The notes under the pieces are model-generated. The model was not told the DNA's origin. It saw only the letters and a program-made list of their open reading frames with translations, and made no database searches. Below are positions 9,501 through 17,653 of a DNA stretch of 35,518 nucleotides, piece by piece; the stretch's first letter is position 1, and each line of letters starts with the position of its first letter. This stretch comes from an uncultured Phycisphaeraceae bacterium. Its GTDB lineage: Bacteria > Planctomycetota > Phycisphaerae > Phycisphaerales > UBA1924. Position numbers and translations under genes: made by a program. Location of the stretch: assembly GCA_964605165.1 (NCBI GenBank), contig CAZSBR010000004.1:1-35518 (forward strand). Reading direction: 5' to 3'.

Positions 9501-11148
9501 CTTCAAGGTTGGCCGGCTCGATCTCCAGCGCGGTGCGAAGCTGGGCAAGTGCCTCAGCACGGTTTCCGACCTCGAGTTCCATCTCGGCCAGCGCGCGGCG
9601 GTAGCGAACGGAGCGGGGCTCCAGTTCGACCAACTGACGGAATCGCTGACGCGCAAGCCCCGGCTGGGCGTTGCGGGCCGCGCTCGCGCCCGCGAGCCAG
9701 AGACCTTCCTGGAAGCGGAACTGCGTCTGCTGGTTGAGTCGCTCGAGCAGGGCCTGGGCTTCGACGACGCGGTCCTCGCTCAGAGCGATGCGCGCATCGA
9801 TGAGCTGAAGCTGCGGATCGTCGCTGCGACGCTGCGTGGCGAACTCGTCGCGGATCTCCTTCACCCGCGCGATCAACTCGTCACGCTCCTGGGGTGTCTC
9901 GGCCTGGCCGATCAACACATAGTTGAGCTCGGCACGCTGGTACAGCGCATCTTCTCGCAGGCCTCTGCGAACAAGGCTCTCGAGCGAAATGGAATCCGAT
10001 GGGAACGTGCCGATCTTCGCATAGGTGTCAAGGGCAGCGGCCGGGTCACCCGTGATCGACTCGAGCACAGCCTTCTGCTTGTAGAGCTCGGCATCCTCGG
10101 GTCGCGCCGCGAGTGCCCGCTCCACCACCTCAAACGAACGCGCCAGCCCTTCGCCGGGCCGGATGCCGCGCTCGACGTTGATCAGACGTTCGATCAGGCG
10201 GTTGTTGGGCGCTTCATCAGCCGCGAGCACGCGGTCGAACAGCGCATCGAGCGGCTCGGTCAGTTCCGTCACGCGGCGACCCATCTCGATCGCTGCTCGG
10301 TCTGTTGGGAGCCGCGACTGCAACTCGTTGAGCATGACACGCATGCGGCTGGTGAGCCGGGTGACCTCGGCATGGAGGCGCGCGTTGGTGCCGGGGGCGG
10401 AGCGGTCGATCGTCGTCGCGACGAACTCCTGCACTTCCTCGGCAGCGTCGATCGCACCGGGCACCTGCAGGCGGCGCATCTCGGCGGCGCGGTACTCCAG
10501 CAGGTCGTACACCGCCAGGGCTGCCATCCAGTCGTTCGGGTCCGCAGTGAGAGCTGCACGCCCGTCGGCAATCGCCTGCTCGACCTCTTCGAGCGGTGGG
10601 GATGTGGCAGCATTGACCGCGGCCGCCACGACGACTGCGTTGTATCTCTTAAGGGGCCACCACGCGGTGTCATCGGGCCGCACACGCTCGTGGTGCTCGA
10701 TGAAGGGTTCTGCCAACTGGACAAGCGCGGCAAAATTCTGCGCCTGGTAGCTGCCGCCGCGCGTCAGAATCTCAAGCCGGAGGTTCAGGAACTCGATCTG
10801 GTCCTCAATGCCATCGGGATCTGAATTGGCCAGTTGTTGGTAGGCCGGCACCAACTCACTGAAGAACTTGTCGTTGAGCAGTTGCTCGTTCCGCGGCACA
10901 CTGAGCTCGAGTGCGCTGATCCACTTCCTCAGGTACTCCTTGTTCTGCTGATCGCCGGCCACAGCCTTGGAGTAGGAACTCGCAGCCATCCGGTAGTCGC
11001 CTGCCGCCATGGCGGTATCGCCAAGACGAACGTGGTCTTCGGGAGACTTGAGCACAACCTGGGCAGCGAGGAAGGCCACGCCCGCGCTGATGACAATCAG
11101 CACAGCGGAGAGAATCACAACGAACTTGATGTTCACACGGTTGGCCAT
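6568..11148 (-). CDS. Membrane-anchored tetratricopeptide-repeat protein, 1526 aa
   Basis: N-terminal helix MANRVNIKFVVILSAVLIVISAGVAFLAAQVV, followed by TPR-like A/L/Y/E-rich repeats along the whole length. The ATG at 11148 is preferred over the GTG at 11175. Confidence 0.85.
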   Translation of the reverse strand: MANRVNIKFVVILSAVLIVISAGVAFLAAQVVLKSPEDHVRLGDTAMAAGDYRMAASSYSKAVAGDQQNKEYLRKWISALELSVPRNEQLLNDKFFSELVPAYQQLANSDPDGIEDQIEFLNLRLEILTRGGSYQAQNFAALVQLAEPFIEHHERVRPDDTAWWPLKRYNAVVVAAAVNAATSPPLEEVEQAIADGRAALTADPNDWMAALAVYDLLEYRAAEMRRLQVPGAIDAAEEVQEFVATTIDRSAPGTNARLHAEVTRLTSRMRVMLNELQSRLPTDRAAIEMGRRVTELTEPLDALFDRVLAADEAPNNRLIERLINVERGIRPGEGLARSFEVVERALAARPEDAELYKQKAVLESITGDPAAALDTYAKIGTFPSDSISLESLVRRGLREDALYQRAELNYVLIGQAETPQERDELIARVKEIRDEFATQRRSDDPQLQLIDARIALSEDRVVEAQALLERLNQQTQFRFQEGLWLAGASAARNAQPGLARQRFRQLVELEPRSVRYRRALAEMELEVGNRAEALAQLRTALEIEPANLEVQEAVTRLEIAGGDRPAEDPIDQALLEARRLDQGTGSELGNPAAARARLERAIEEHGPEPRLVTNLARQYVLAGELEDARRVAATGLDANPEDEELLLLNEAVQTGSRAQVIEYFLNQMEGDAGQLAVAKWLTLQQLGELEAAERALDNAIEIAPDNPAVLEARMTRALREQNFEVADTVAQRAVQANADGANGATYVARVASGRGDMATAIETLASATDRFPNNASLWRLLGLMYNENSQHDRALDAYDRALEIRPDLTVVINSKIRTLLTLGRPEDALIFKRNNEQIARTDREFTDLHLRLEGQYGDKALARAQREQRAAQDPSDLANRVQLAGLYIENSEFDRAQRIVDELGTEVEDRDMLTTLRANLRAEQGDLDTARAIFAREIASSRPETRANSYLKLFRFLRDRGRLQEAIVTLQQALPWQDPVQMQVDKILGDLLMTRGDFAGANASYTRIRNAGNPSESPVWEQRRIETLIRTGQVDEASAALASLPEDQRTLSTRLLEADLVMRMGDAARARSLLDGIVNEYPDNALVYVKRAEAMSDQPELQRDRLLDLDKAIELSPGFWQAYRARSRLYASMNRAEEAINDLRKAIELNPGLDDARLNLVEYLVNQGRTNEAVEIARDAMALKPRDADLRDRLGTAFALANRQREAVQMYRSALDIELTPARAVRVLDLLLSDSPPRTVDAESVLARPGMADLIEQDGGLRLMRARVFHLQGRSDAALRESVEAYRSLRPIARDMLVWFNFIQTMLDDRTATLDFLDRFGAEPGTSEWARLFRGLLLISEDDTKAEGRRILEQHAAATADSEVAFTAWRSLGTNAYGDEQYTDAIAAWERAAEKRPNDPTVLNNMAYTYSIQLNEHAKAVPLARRAAELAPNDSDVLHTLGVSLLRAGDAETSVRALEAARATAQNPASWVAACVHLAEALLALERPEEAREITEAVQQRVADPSALNDVIRQDYERLLADLGMN

Positions 11149-11248
11149 GGCCCGGTCCTTCTGATGCAACGCCACCCGGCGTCAGCACCCTTTCTGTTGT
11201 GCGGGATGGCCTCATGCCTCCCGCCCTCATGCTTCTTCACGCACCCTT

Positions 11249-11269
11249 GCCGCTCGGGGGGAGAGCGGC
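11249..11269 (-). other. Intercistronic hairpin between epsI and the TPR gene
   Basis: GCCGCTC (11249-11255) and GAGCGGC (11263-11269) form a perfect 7-bp stem with a 7-nt loop, 2 nt downstream of the EpsI stop on the minus strand. There is no U-tract, so it is not a classical terminator. Confidence 0.3.
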
Positions 11270-11271
11270 TG

Positions 11272-12189
11272 CTATGCCTCGCTGCCGTCTTCCTGTGCAC
11301 GGTCCCGCTTGACCGTGGGGTGCACACCCGTCTTGACATCGACCCAGTCCGGCACGCACAGCATCAGATCACCAAATAAGTCGTCCAGCAGCGACGCCGA
11401 GGCCGCTGCAAACGCCTCGTTGCTGTCAAACGCAGTCGAGGAGAACTGGATCTTCATGTAGTACGCGTACTCCTCCTGCAGCCGGAACGACAGAAGCCGC
11501 ACGCCGTGGGCGTGAGCGACCCAGTCGCCGTTGGCCACGAAGAAGTAGCCCGCCCGCAGCACCGTGCCGCCGGGCTGCTCGAACTGGCTGACCCGCATCT
11601 CGATGCCGTGCGGTCGGCGTGGCAGCCGCACGCGGCCAGAACCATCGGCGGTGCGCGTCCGGTACCACTCGCCCAGTTCCTCGGGCACGTCCACATCACG
11701 CACCCAGCGCTGCGTGTTCAACGGCAATGGAACAGTCTCAGAGACGTTCGACATCTGGAAGCCAGCGCCCACGAGGCACACCTCGGGCACGTGCGGCACC
11801 GTGTCGATCATGCCGGTGTAGTACGCAGCGTGAAAATCGATCGCCTTGGCCTGCTCCCCCGGCTCGGGGTTCTTCTGCACATACCAACGAGACACGTAGT
11901 TGGAGGTGCCCAGCACCTCTTCGATCTCCGCCGCCTCGATTCGATCGACACCCACGCGCTCCCAGTTCCGCGTCTCCAGCGGCAGCGAGCCGAGCGAGCG
12001 CTCCGGATACGGATGAATGGGCTTCTTTTGGAGCTTGACGCCCATCGAGTCCATCGTGCGATGGAAAGCAAACGCCGAGGCACCAAAGCCCGCGCCCAGC
12101 AGGGCGAGGCTCACCGCTGTACCAATGGCTGTCATGCCCCGGGCAGCGCGCCCGCTTCGGCTTGCTGTCTGCTGGGTTTGGCTTGTCAT
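11272..12189 (-). CDS. EpsI-family (DUF3485) exosortase-associated protein
   Basis: Single N-terminal TM helix (MTAIGTAVSLALLGAGFGASAFAF), then a soluble domain with EpsI-like features (WYVQKN..., HVPEVCL..., YFFVANG...). The ATG at 12189-12187 overlaps the exosortase stop (ATGA). Confidence 0.75.
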   Translation of the reverse strand: MTSQTQQTASRSGRAARGMTAIGTAVSLALLGAGFGASAFAFHRTMDSMGVKLQKKPIHPYPERSLGSLPLETRNWERVGVDRIEAAEIEEVLGTSNYVSRWYVQKNPEPGEQAKAIDFHAAYYTGMIDTVPHVPEVCLVGAGFQMSNVSETVPLPLNTQRWVRDVDVPEELGEWYRTRTADGSGRVRLPRRPHGIEMRVSQFEQPGGTVLRAGYFFVANGDWVAHAHGVRLLSFRLQEEYAYYMKIQFSSTAFDSNEAFAAASASLLDDLFGDLMLCVPDWVDVKTGVHPTVKRDRAQEDGSEA

Positions 12190-13178
12190 GGCGTGGTCTC
12201 CTCCGCCCTCGTGGCCTGCTCCTCGGCCCTTTCCTTGCCCTGCTCGGTGGGTGCGACGATCTTGATCAGCGCCCACCGCACCGCCAGGAACAAACCAAGC
12301 GACGGCACGAGCAAGATCGTCCCGATCAGCGTGTGCGCATCGCCCGCAGCCAGCGCCGGGTCGATCAGTGTCAGGATGCCGAGCACCGCAACACGCACGA
12401 TGTTCATCAGCAACGCCACCGGGGCTGCGAGCATCAAGAGAAGAATGCGCTGCCACCACAGCTGCATGCTGAGCAGCGAGACCGCGCCGGCCAACGCGTA
12501 GAACGCGATGAGCATGCGCATGCCGCTGCAGGCCTCGGCAACATTCAGCGGCGCGACTAGCGCGCCCGTGCTGTCGAAGATCTCCAGCGTGTTGCCGTCA
12601 AGTTCAACGGTGTGCCCAAAGGGCGTCAGCACGAGGCCCAGCAGAATCCACGCGCCCTTCGAGGCGAGCAACTGCAGCGGGAACGTCATGGCCGTCATGA
12701 TCCGCTGGCTGATCGTCACGCCAAAGGCAAGAAAGCTCACGGGCAAAAACGCAGCCCTCGCCACCGCAGGCCCGAATGCTGTCAGCACGGCGCCGTACAG
12801 CGCGAGGATCATGCACGCGCCCTGCAGCATGTGGTTGGAAATGTTCAGCGTGAAGAACAAGAAGCCAACCATGCCCAGCGCCACCGCGGGTACGCCCGCA
12901 GCAAAGGGCTTCACGGGCAGCCTGGCTAGCTCGGCGCGCTTCGCCCAGAGCATGTAGCCCGCGATCAGCGGGATGACGTACGCGTGGCCCCAGTCCTCAG
13001 GAAACGCCCAACTGAACTGGTGCTGACGGAAGAACCACGGCCAGAAGTACAGCAGGAAGCCGACCGCCCCGATGCCCGCAGCCACCAGCCCGACCGGCGA
13101 GCCGAGTGAACGCGCAGCGCTGGCCGCATGCGAGGCTGCAGCTGAGGGCGCTGAACTTGGGTGGGGCGATGAGGTCAT
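12186..13178 (-). CDS. Exosortase (EpsH/XrtA-like transpeptidase)
   Basis: Polytopic membrane protein with the exosortase catalytic signatures in order: NVAEACSGMRML (Cys217, codon 12530-12528), NIVRVAVL (Arg262) and GDAHTLIG (His282). Confidence 0.9.
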   Translation of the reverse strand: MTSSPHPSSAPSAAASHAASAARSLGSPVGLVAAGIGAVGFLLYFWPWFFRQHQFSWAFPEDWGHAYVIPLIAGYMLWAKRAELARLPVKPFAAGVPAVALGMVGFLFFTLNISNHMLQGACMILALYGAVLTAFGPAVARAAFLPVSFLAFGVTISQRIMTAMTFPLQLLASKGAWILLGLVLTPFGHTVELDGNTLEIFDSTGALVAPLNVAEACSGMRMLIAFYALAGAVSLLSMQLWWQRILLLMLAAPVALLMNIVRVAVLGILTLIDPALAAGDAHTLIGTILLVPSLGLFLAVRWALIKIVAPTEQGKERAEEQATRAEETTP

Positions 13179-13389
13179 GACGAGTGGGCAACGGGCGTAA
13201 TGAAAGCCAAGGGAAAACTACGTCACCCGAACAAACGCTTTCGACTGCTGGGCTGTTCCGTTTCCGTACGTCCGGCCCCTGTCCATGTTCGGAGGGATCC
13301 TCCCTCCCGATTTCAAGCGCCTCGTTCCGCCTCGGCATCGGCGGGGCATCTCAAAGAGCCGGTTGCCCGGCTGTGTCACTGACCAGCCT

Positions 13390-14940
13390 CTATCTGGTGT
13401 TTGTCCGAGGACCGTAGACGTCCTCGTCAAAGTTCCGGTCCAGCACGAATCCAAAGCCATAGCTGAACCGCAGGCCGTTGCGAACGACCGCCAGCGGCAG
13501 AGCCCAGAAATTGGTGCCGACGTTCACGTGGTCATCGGGCTTGAGCAGGATGTCAGGCTGCGTGCCCTCGGCAATAGCACGGGCATTGAGACGGATGGTC
13601 GCCTGCCGTTCGGTGCCCATCATGCGGGTGAGATCGACGCGTTCGGGAATGGCGATCGGGCCATAGCCGCCTGCGGCGGTAATCGCCCGCGTGAGCGTGA
13701 ACGTGCCCTGCGCCGGCAGGGCGTAGACGCCCGGACGGTTCACCTGGCCAGCCATGTAGACATTGCCGGTGGGGGGCGTGGGCACGCGGATCAGGTCGCC
13801 CGGGCGCACCACGACGTTGAATCGAGCATCACCATTGACCAGCGGTTCGACGGGCACACGAATGACGCGCTGCGTGACCAGCGCATCAGCGCCGCGGGCA
13901 TCGTCCGGCCCGTCGGCCGAGGCGTTGGCCACCTGGACCCACTCGCCATTGAGGAACACCCAACGCGTCGGGTCGTTGCCCGGCATGGCCGCCTGGCCTG
14001 ACGCGCGGCTCCGCGAGTCGATGAGATCGACGATCGGATCAGGGGCGTCCTGCGGCATCATGCCCACAGCGGGTCGGCGGGCCATCATGTTGCCGCCCAT
14101 CACCGCTGGGGATGCTCCCTCCGTGCCCGTCAGGTCATCGATGAGATCAAGGAAGGAAGGATCGGCCGGCTGCTGGCCATCGGGCTGCGTGGGTGTGACG
14201 GGTGCCTGCACCGGCGGGGCGTTCTCCCGGGGCTGGGAGGGGACGTTCAGGGGCACCTGGCGAATCACGTAGACGTACTTGGAACTCTCGTTGAAGCCGC
14301 CCGCGGTCGACAACGCCTCGAGCAGGCGGAAGTCCGCCTGCGGCAAAAGGTAGGGCCCCGGGGCTGCAACCGAGCCAAAGACGTTGTACGCCAACTGCCT
14401 CTGCTCGGCGACACGCACCTGCACCAGTGCATCGCGGGCAATGCCCGCCTGATCGATCGCCAGTGAGATGCGCTCACTTGCCTGCGCCGATGACAGGCCC
14501 GTCACCTGCAGCGGGGGCAACTGCGGCAATTCGATCCCGCCCTGCGAGTTCACCCGTGCCGGGAAAACCTCACGCACACGGTCCGTGATGAAGCCCTCGA
14601 TCGTGACTTCCAGCAGGTCGCCCGGGCCGATGCGGTAGGCGCTGGCTTCGGGAATCAAATCCTCAGCAGCGACCTCTGAATACTCGACGAAGCCGTCGCC
14701 CGCATCCTCGATCGAACTCAGCCGTTCGAGGATCGGTGTCACGGTGGGGGTGTGCTCCCAGCGGCCCACAACGGATGGATCGATGTAGTTGTCGAGTTCG
14801 CAGCCGGTTGTCGCGAGCAGCACGCCCGCGCCGGCGCAGCTCAGTGCGAGCTTGGTCAGTCGGCGGGCCGACCGGGTCAGCGGGCTCTGAGGCGATTGAG
14901 TTGATGTCACCGTGGGGCTCCTTGCCGGGACAGACAGCAT
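13390..14940 (-). CDS. Wza-family polysaccharide export protein (Poly_export plus SLBB-like domains), probable lipoprotein
   Basis: Lipobox-like LLATTGC after a basic and hydrophobic N-terminus. Contains the YRIGPGDLLEVTI export motif and repeated GDxIxVP soluble-ligand-binding beta-grasp-like segments. The ATG at 14940 is preferred; the ORF is open to 14988. Confidence 0.85.
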   Translation of the reverse strand: MLSVPARSPTVTSTQSPQSPLTRSARRLTKLALSCAGAGVLLATTGCELDNYIDPSVVGRWEHTPTVTPILERLSSIEDAGDGFVEYSEVAAEDLIPEASAYRIGPGDLLEVTIEGFITDRVREVFPARVNSQGGIELPQLPPLQVTGLSSAQASERISLAIDQAGIARDALVQVRVAEQRQLAYNVFGSVAAPGPYLLPQADFRLLEALSTAGGFNESSKYVYVIRQVPLNVPSQPRENAPPVQAPVTPTQPDGQQPADPSFLDLIDDLTGTEGASPAVMGGNMMARRPAVGMMPQDAPDPIVDLIDSRSRASGQAAMPGNDPTRWVFLNGEWVQVANASADGPDDARGADALVTQRVIRVPVEPLVNGDARFNVVVRPGDLIRVPTPPTGNVYMAGQVNRPGVYALPAQGTFTLTRAITAAGGYGPIAIPERVDLTRMMGTERQATIRLNARAIAEGTQPDILLKPDDHVNVGTNFWALPLAVVRNGLRFSYGFGFVLDRNFDEDVYGPRTNTR

Positions 14941-15186
14941 GCCGATTTGATGCCCAGGCGCACGACCAACGCGCACGCCCGAGAACACCGGGTCTCACGA
15001 AAGTTAGCACCGGTCAACCTCGTGTCAAACGAAGTCAGGGCGCCGACAGTTCGCGCGATTGCATCGACCGAGAACGCGCGGCAGTTCAGGGTTTCTCTGG
15101 CCGGGCGTCGATCCACCGCCCTCAACCCCCATTTCGCGCAAGATCTGCCTGAATCGCCCCTCCGGCGCGGCCCAACTGCCGGGGCT

Positions 15187-15214
15187 TTGGGAAACGCCCC
15201 CGCAGCGCTAGACT
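15187..15214 (+). promoter_or_regulatory. Candidate sigma70-type promoter directly abutting the lipA ATG (possible leaderless transcript)
   Basis: TTGGGA (15187-15192), a 16-nt spacer, then TAGACT (15209-15214). The lipA ATG lies at 15221, 6 nt after the -10 hexamer. Confidence 0.25.
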
Positions 15215-15220
15215 CTCTCC

Positions 15221-16300
15221 ATGACAACTCCCAAGACGCTCGGCGACCCAGGTGCCTCCCAGCGAGCCATCGAGCGGACGATCGCCCGTCATCCTCGCCC
15301 CGCAGGCGGCGACCCGATGCGACGCATCGAGGCAGGTGTGCTCAACCTCTCGGGCATGGTCCTCAACAACGCCGATGCCAACGTCGATCACATCGCACCG
15401 AAAAAGAAGCCCAAGTGGCTCAGGGCCAAGGCTCCAGGCGGCCCGGGCTACCAGAAGCTCAAGGGCATCATGGATGAGCACCGCCTCCACACCGTCTGCC
15501 AGGAGGCCGGCTGCCCCAACATGGGTGAGTGCTGGGCCCGCGGCGTCGCCACCATCATGATCCTCGGGGACACCTGCACCCGCGCCTGCGGCTTCTGCAA
15601 CGTCAAGACCGGTCGGCCCCAGCCGCTCGACCGCGATGAACCCCGCCGTGTCGCCGAGAGCCTCGCCCTCATGGGGCTCAAGCACGTGGTCATCACCAGC
15701 GTCAACCGAGATGAACTCCCCGATGGCGGGGCTGGGATCTGGGCCGAGACCATCATCCGCGCTCGCGAAGCCTGCCCCGAGATGTCCGTCGAGGTCCTCA
15801 TCCCGGACTTCGAGGGCAACTGGGACGCCCTGCAGATGGTCATCGACGCGAAGCCCCACATCATCAACCACAACATCGAGTGCGTGCGACGCATGTACCC
15901 GGCTGTGCGACCCAGCGCCAAGTTTGATCGCTCGGTCGAACTGCTCAGGCGCGTCAAGGAGCAGGGCGGCGTGGCCAAGACCGGCATCATGGTCGGCATC
16001 GGTGAGAAGGACGCCGAGGTGCTCGACCTCTTCGATCAGGTGCTCGAGGGCTCCAAGGCCACCGGCCCCGACGGCAGCGAGGACCGCTGCGATGTCATCA
16101 CCATCGGCCAGTACCTCCAGCCGACGCGCAACCACCTGCCCATCGATCGCTGGGTCACCCCCGAACAATTCGACATGTTCCGCGCTGAGGGCCTGGCCCG
16201 GGGCTTCAAGGTCGTTGAGAGCGGCCCACTCGTACGGTCCAGCTACCACGCCGACCATCAGGCGGACGTCCTGACGGACATCCTTCAGGCACGGTCCTGA
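15221..16300 (+). CDS. lipA: Lipoyl synthase
   Basis: HTVCQEAGCPNMGECW and the radical-SAM cluster motif CTRACGFCNV, collinear with LipA. Alternative internal starts exist at 15317 and 15356. Confidence 0.95.
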   Translation: MTTPKTLGDPGASQRAIERTIARHPRPAGGDPMRRIEAGVLNLSGMVLNNADANVDHIAPKKKPKWLRAKAPGGPGYQKLKGIMDEHRLHTVCQEAGCPNMGECWARGVATIMILGDTCTRACGFCNVKTGRPQPLDRDEPRRVAESLALMGLKHVVITSVNRDELPDGGAGIWAETIIRAREACPEMSVEVLIPDFEGNWDALQMVIDAKPHIINHNIECVRRMYPAVRPSAKFDRSVELLRRVKEQGGVAKTGIMVGIGEKDAEVLDLFDQVLEGSKATGPDGSEDRCDVITIGQYLQPTRNHLPIDRWVTPEQFDMFRAEGLARGFKVVESGPLVRSSYHADHQADVLTDILQARS

Positions 16301-16407
16301 GTCAGCATTTCGCGTGCGCCGAGAAACGCCAACCGCGGGGACGACCTGTCCCGGCACGCAGAGAACCGAGGGCGAGTCTCCGCCCGCACCGTGAGCGGAA
16401 GTGCACG

Positions 16408-17079
16408 ATGGATCCCGAGTTCGTCCACCAACTCGTCCGCGCCATCGAGCACAAAGATCTCTCAACCGCTGCCCATACCTGGCGCGTGGTTCTCTACACG
16501 CGTGCGATGATGGAGCAGGCCGGCTTCGATCACGACCTCATTCACCTCGTGACCCACGCCGCCGCTTTGCACGACGTGGGAAAGCTCGACCTGCCAGCAT
16601 CGATTCTGCAGAAGCCAAGCAAGCTCACGCCCGATGAGTTCGAGGTCATCAAGCTCCATCCGGTGGCGGGCTATGCGCGCATGGTCGCCAACGACATCAA
16701 CGACGAGCCCATCCTCAATCTCATCCGCTACCACCACGAGCGGTGGGATGGCCTTGGCTACCCCTATGGGCTCTCGGGCGATCAGATCCCCATCGGCGCG
16801 CGGTACTTTGCCGTGATTGACACGTTCGATGCGCTCACGAGCGTGCGCCCGTACCGCAGAGATGTGGGCGAGGGAGCGGCCGAGCGGGCCATCGAACTCA
16901 TCGAAGACGATGCGGGCACGCGGTACTGGCCCGAAGCGGTCGAGGCTTTTAAGTCCCTGTATCGGCAGGGAGAACTCGACTTCATCCTGCACTACTTCAA
17001 CGACGATGTGCCCGTGCCGGGCTTTGAAGCGCGCAAGCTCGAGCAGGAGGAGCGTTCACGTCGCCGGGGGCGTGTCTGA
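16408..17079 (+). CDS. Stand-alone HD-GYP domain phosphohydrolase (putative c-di-GMP phosphodiesterase)
   Basis: HTWRV..., LHDVGKL, HHERWDGLGYPYGL and FDALTSVRPYR motifs. There is no receiver or sensor domain (223 aa in total). Confidence 0.9.
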   Translation: MDPEFVHQLVRAIEHKDLSTAAHTWRVVLYTRAMMEQAGFDHDLIHLVTHAAALHDVGKLDLPASILQKPSKLTPDEFEVIKLHPVAGYARMVANDINDEPILNLIRYHHERWDGLGYPYGLSGDQIPIGARYFAVIDTFDALTSVRPYRRDVGEGAAERAIELIEDDAGTRYWPEAVEAFKSLYRQGELDFILHYFNDDVPVPGFEARKLEQEERSRRRGRV

Positions 17080-17120
17080 ACTTCGCGTGACCCGCGCACG
17101 GCCTCGGGGCCATCACACGC

Positions 17121-17603
17121 TCATGAGTGTTCCGCCGCTGGCGGCGGTGGGGGATGCGCCGTCATTCGGTGCGGCTTGTGCGAGACGTAGCCGCCCATCA
17201 CCGCGGCGGCGCTCAGCAGCATCAGATCCTTGATGATGTACTGCCCCGCGATCGTTGGTACCAGCGGCACGGACACGAAGCACGCGTCCGTCTTGAGCAC
17301 CAGCGCCAGCAGCGTGCCGGGCAGGCGAATCAGCAGCAGAACCAACGCCACGCGGTGCAGCTTGTGGAAGATCAGCGTCACGCCGATCAGGATCTCCCAC
17401 ACACCCAGCGCCGGCACCACCACCTCGGGATCCCCGAAGTAGATCGTCTCGGCGATGATGCTCGTCGCGGTCTTCTGGCCCGCGACCTTCAAGGAGCCGA
17501 ACCAGATGAAGACACAGCCCAGCGTGAAGCCATGCGTCGAATGGCCAAAGACGTAGAGCCAGTGCTCGATGCGTCGATCGATCTTTGAAAGGAGGTCTTT
17601 CAT
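17121..17603 (-). CDS. DoxX-like/DUF417-like small membrane protein
   Basis: Four predicted helices (GCVFIWFGSLK..., ALGVWEILIGVTLIF..., LLLIRLPGTLL..., IIKDLMLLSAAAVMGG) with a Pro-rich tail. Start chosen at ATG 17603 (MKDLLSKIDRR...). The family assignment is tentative. Confidence 0.55.
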   Translation of the reverse strand: MKDLLSKIDRRIEHWLYVFGHSTHGFTLGCVFIWFGSLKVAGQKTATSIIAETIYFGDPEVVVPALGVWEILIGVTLIFHKLHRVALVLLLIRLPGTLLALVLKTDACFVSVPLVPTIAGQYIIKDLMLLSAAAVMGGYVSHKPHRMTAHPPPPPAAEHS

Positions 17604-17621
17604 ACGCGCAGAGCTTACGGA

Positions 17622-17653
17622 ATGGCGATCGATGCACCAACCGATATCGCCAT
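17622..17653. promoter_or_regulatory. Inverted repeat (candidate operator) in the 80-bp divergent intergenic region
   Basis: ATGGCGAT (17622-17629) and ATCGCCAT (17646-17653) are perfect 8-bp arms separated by 16 nt. They lie between the divergent starts at 17603 and 17684. Confidence 0.3.

Noticed and set aside
8602-10824. 740-aa ORF on the plus strand inside the TPR gene. Similar long antisense ORFs occur at 877-1947, 4881-6173, 7084-8100, 15122-16465, 22930-24015, 30526-31854, 32294-33070 and 34402-35517.
   Set aside because: These are shadow ORFs typical of high-GC DNA. Their translations are Arg/Gly/Ala/Leu/His-rich with no motifs. The opposite strand carries recognisable domains and the expected G/C third-position bias in each case.
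12190-12459. 90-codon upstream extension of the EpsI ORF overlapping the exosortase 3' end. Likewise 14941-14988 for the Wza-like gene and 537-605 for murJ.
   Set aside because: The extensions are low-complexity and overlap the preceding gene. In each case an internal ATG gives a canonical stop/start overlap or a proper signal or TM N-terminus.
13179-13389. Small ORFs (60-77 aa) and the GGAGGGA-TCC-TCCCTCC hairpin (13291-13307) in the wza to exosortase gap, considered as a hidden gene or terminator.
   Set aside because: The ORF translations are basic, low-complexity and unsupported. The hairpin lacks a U-tract on the transcribed (minus) strand. This is most simply an internal promoter or processing region of the operon.
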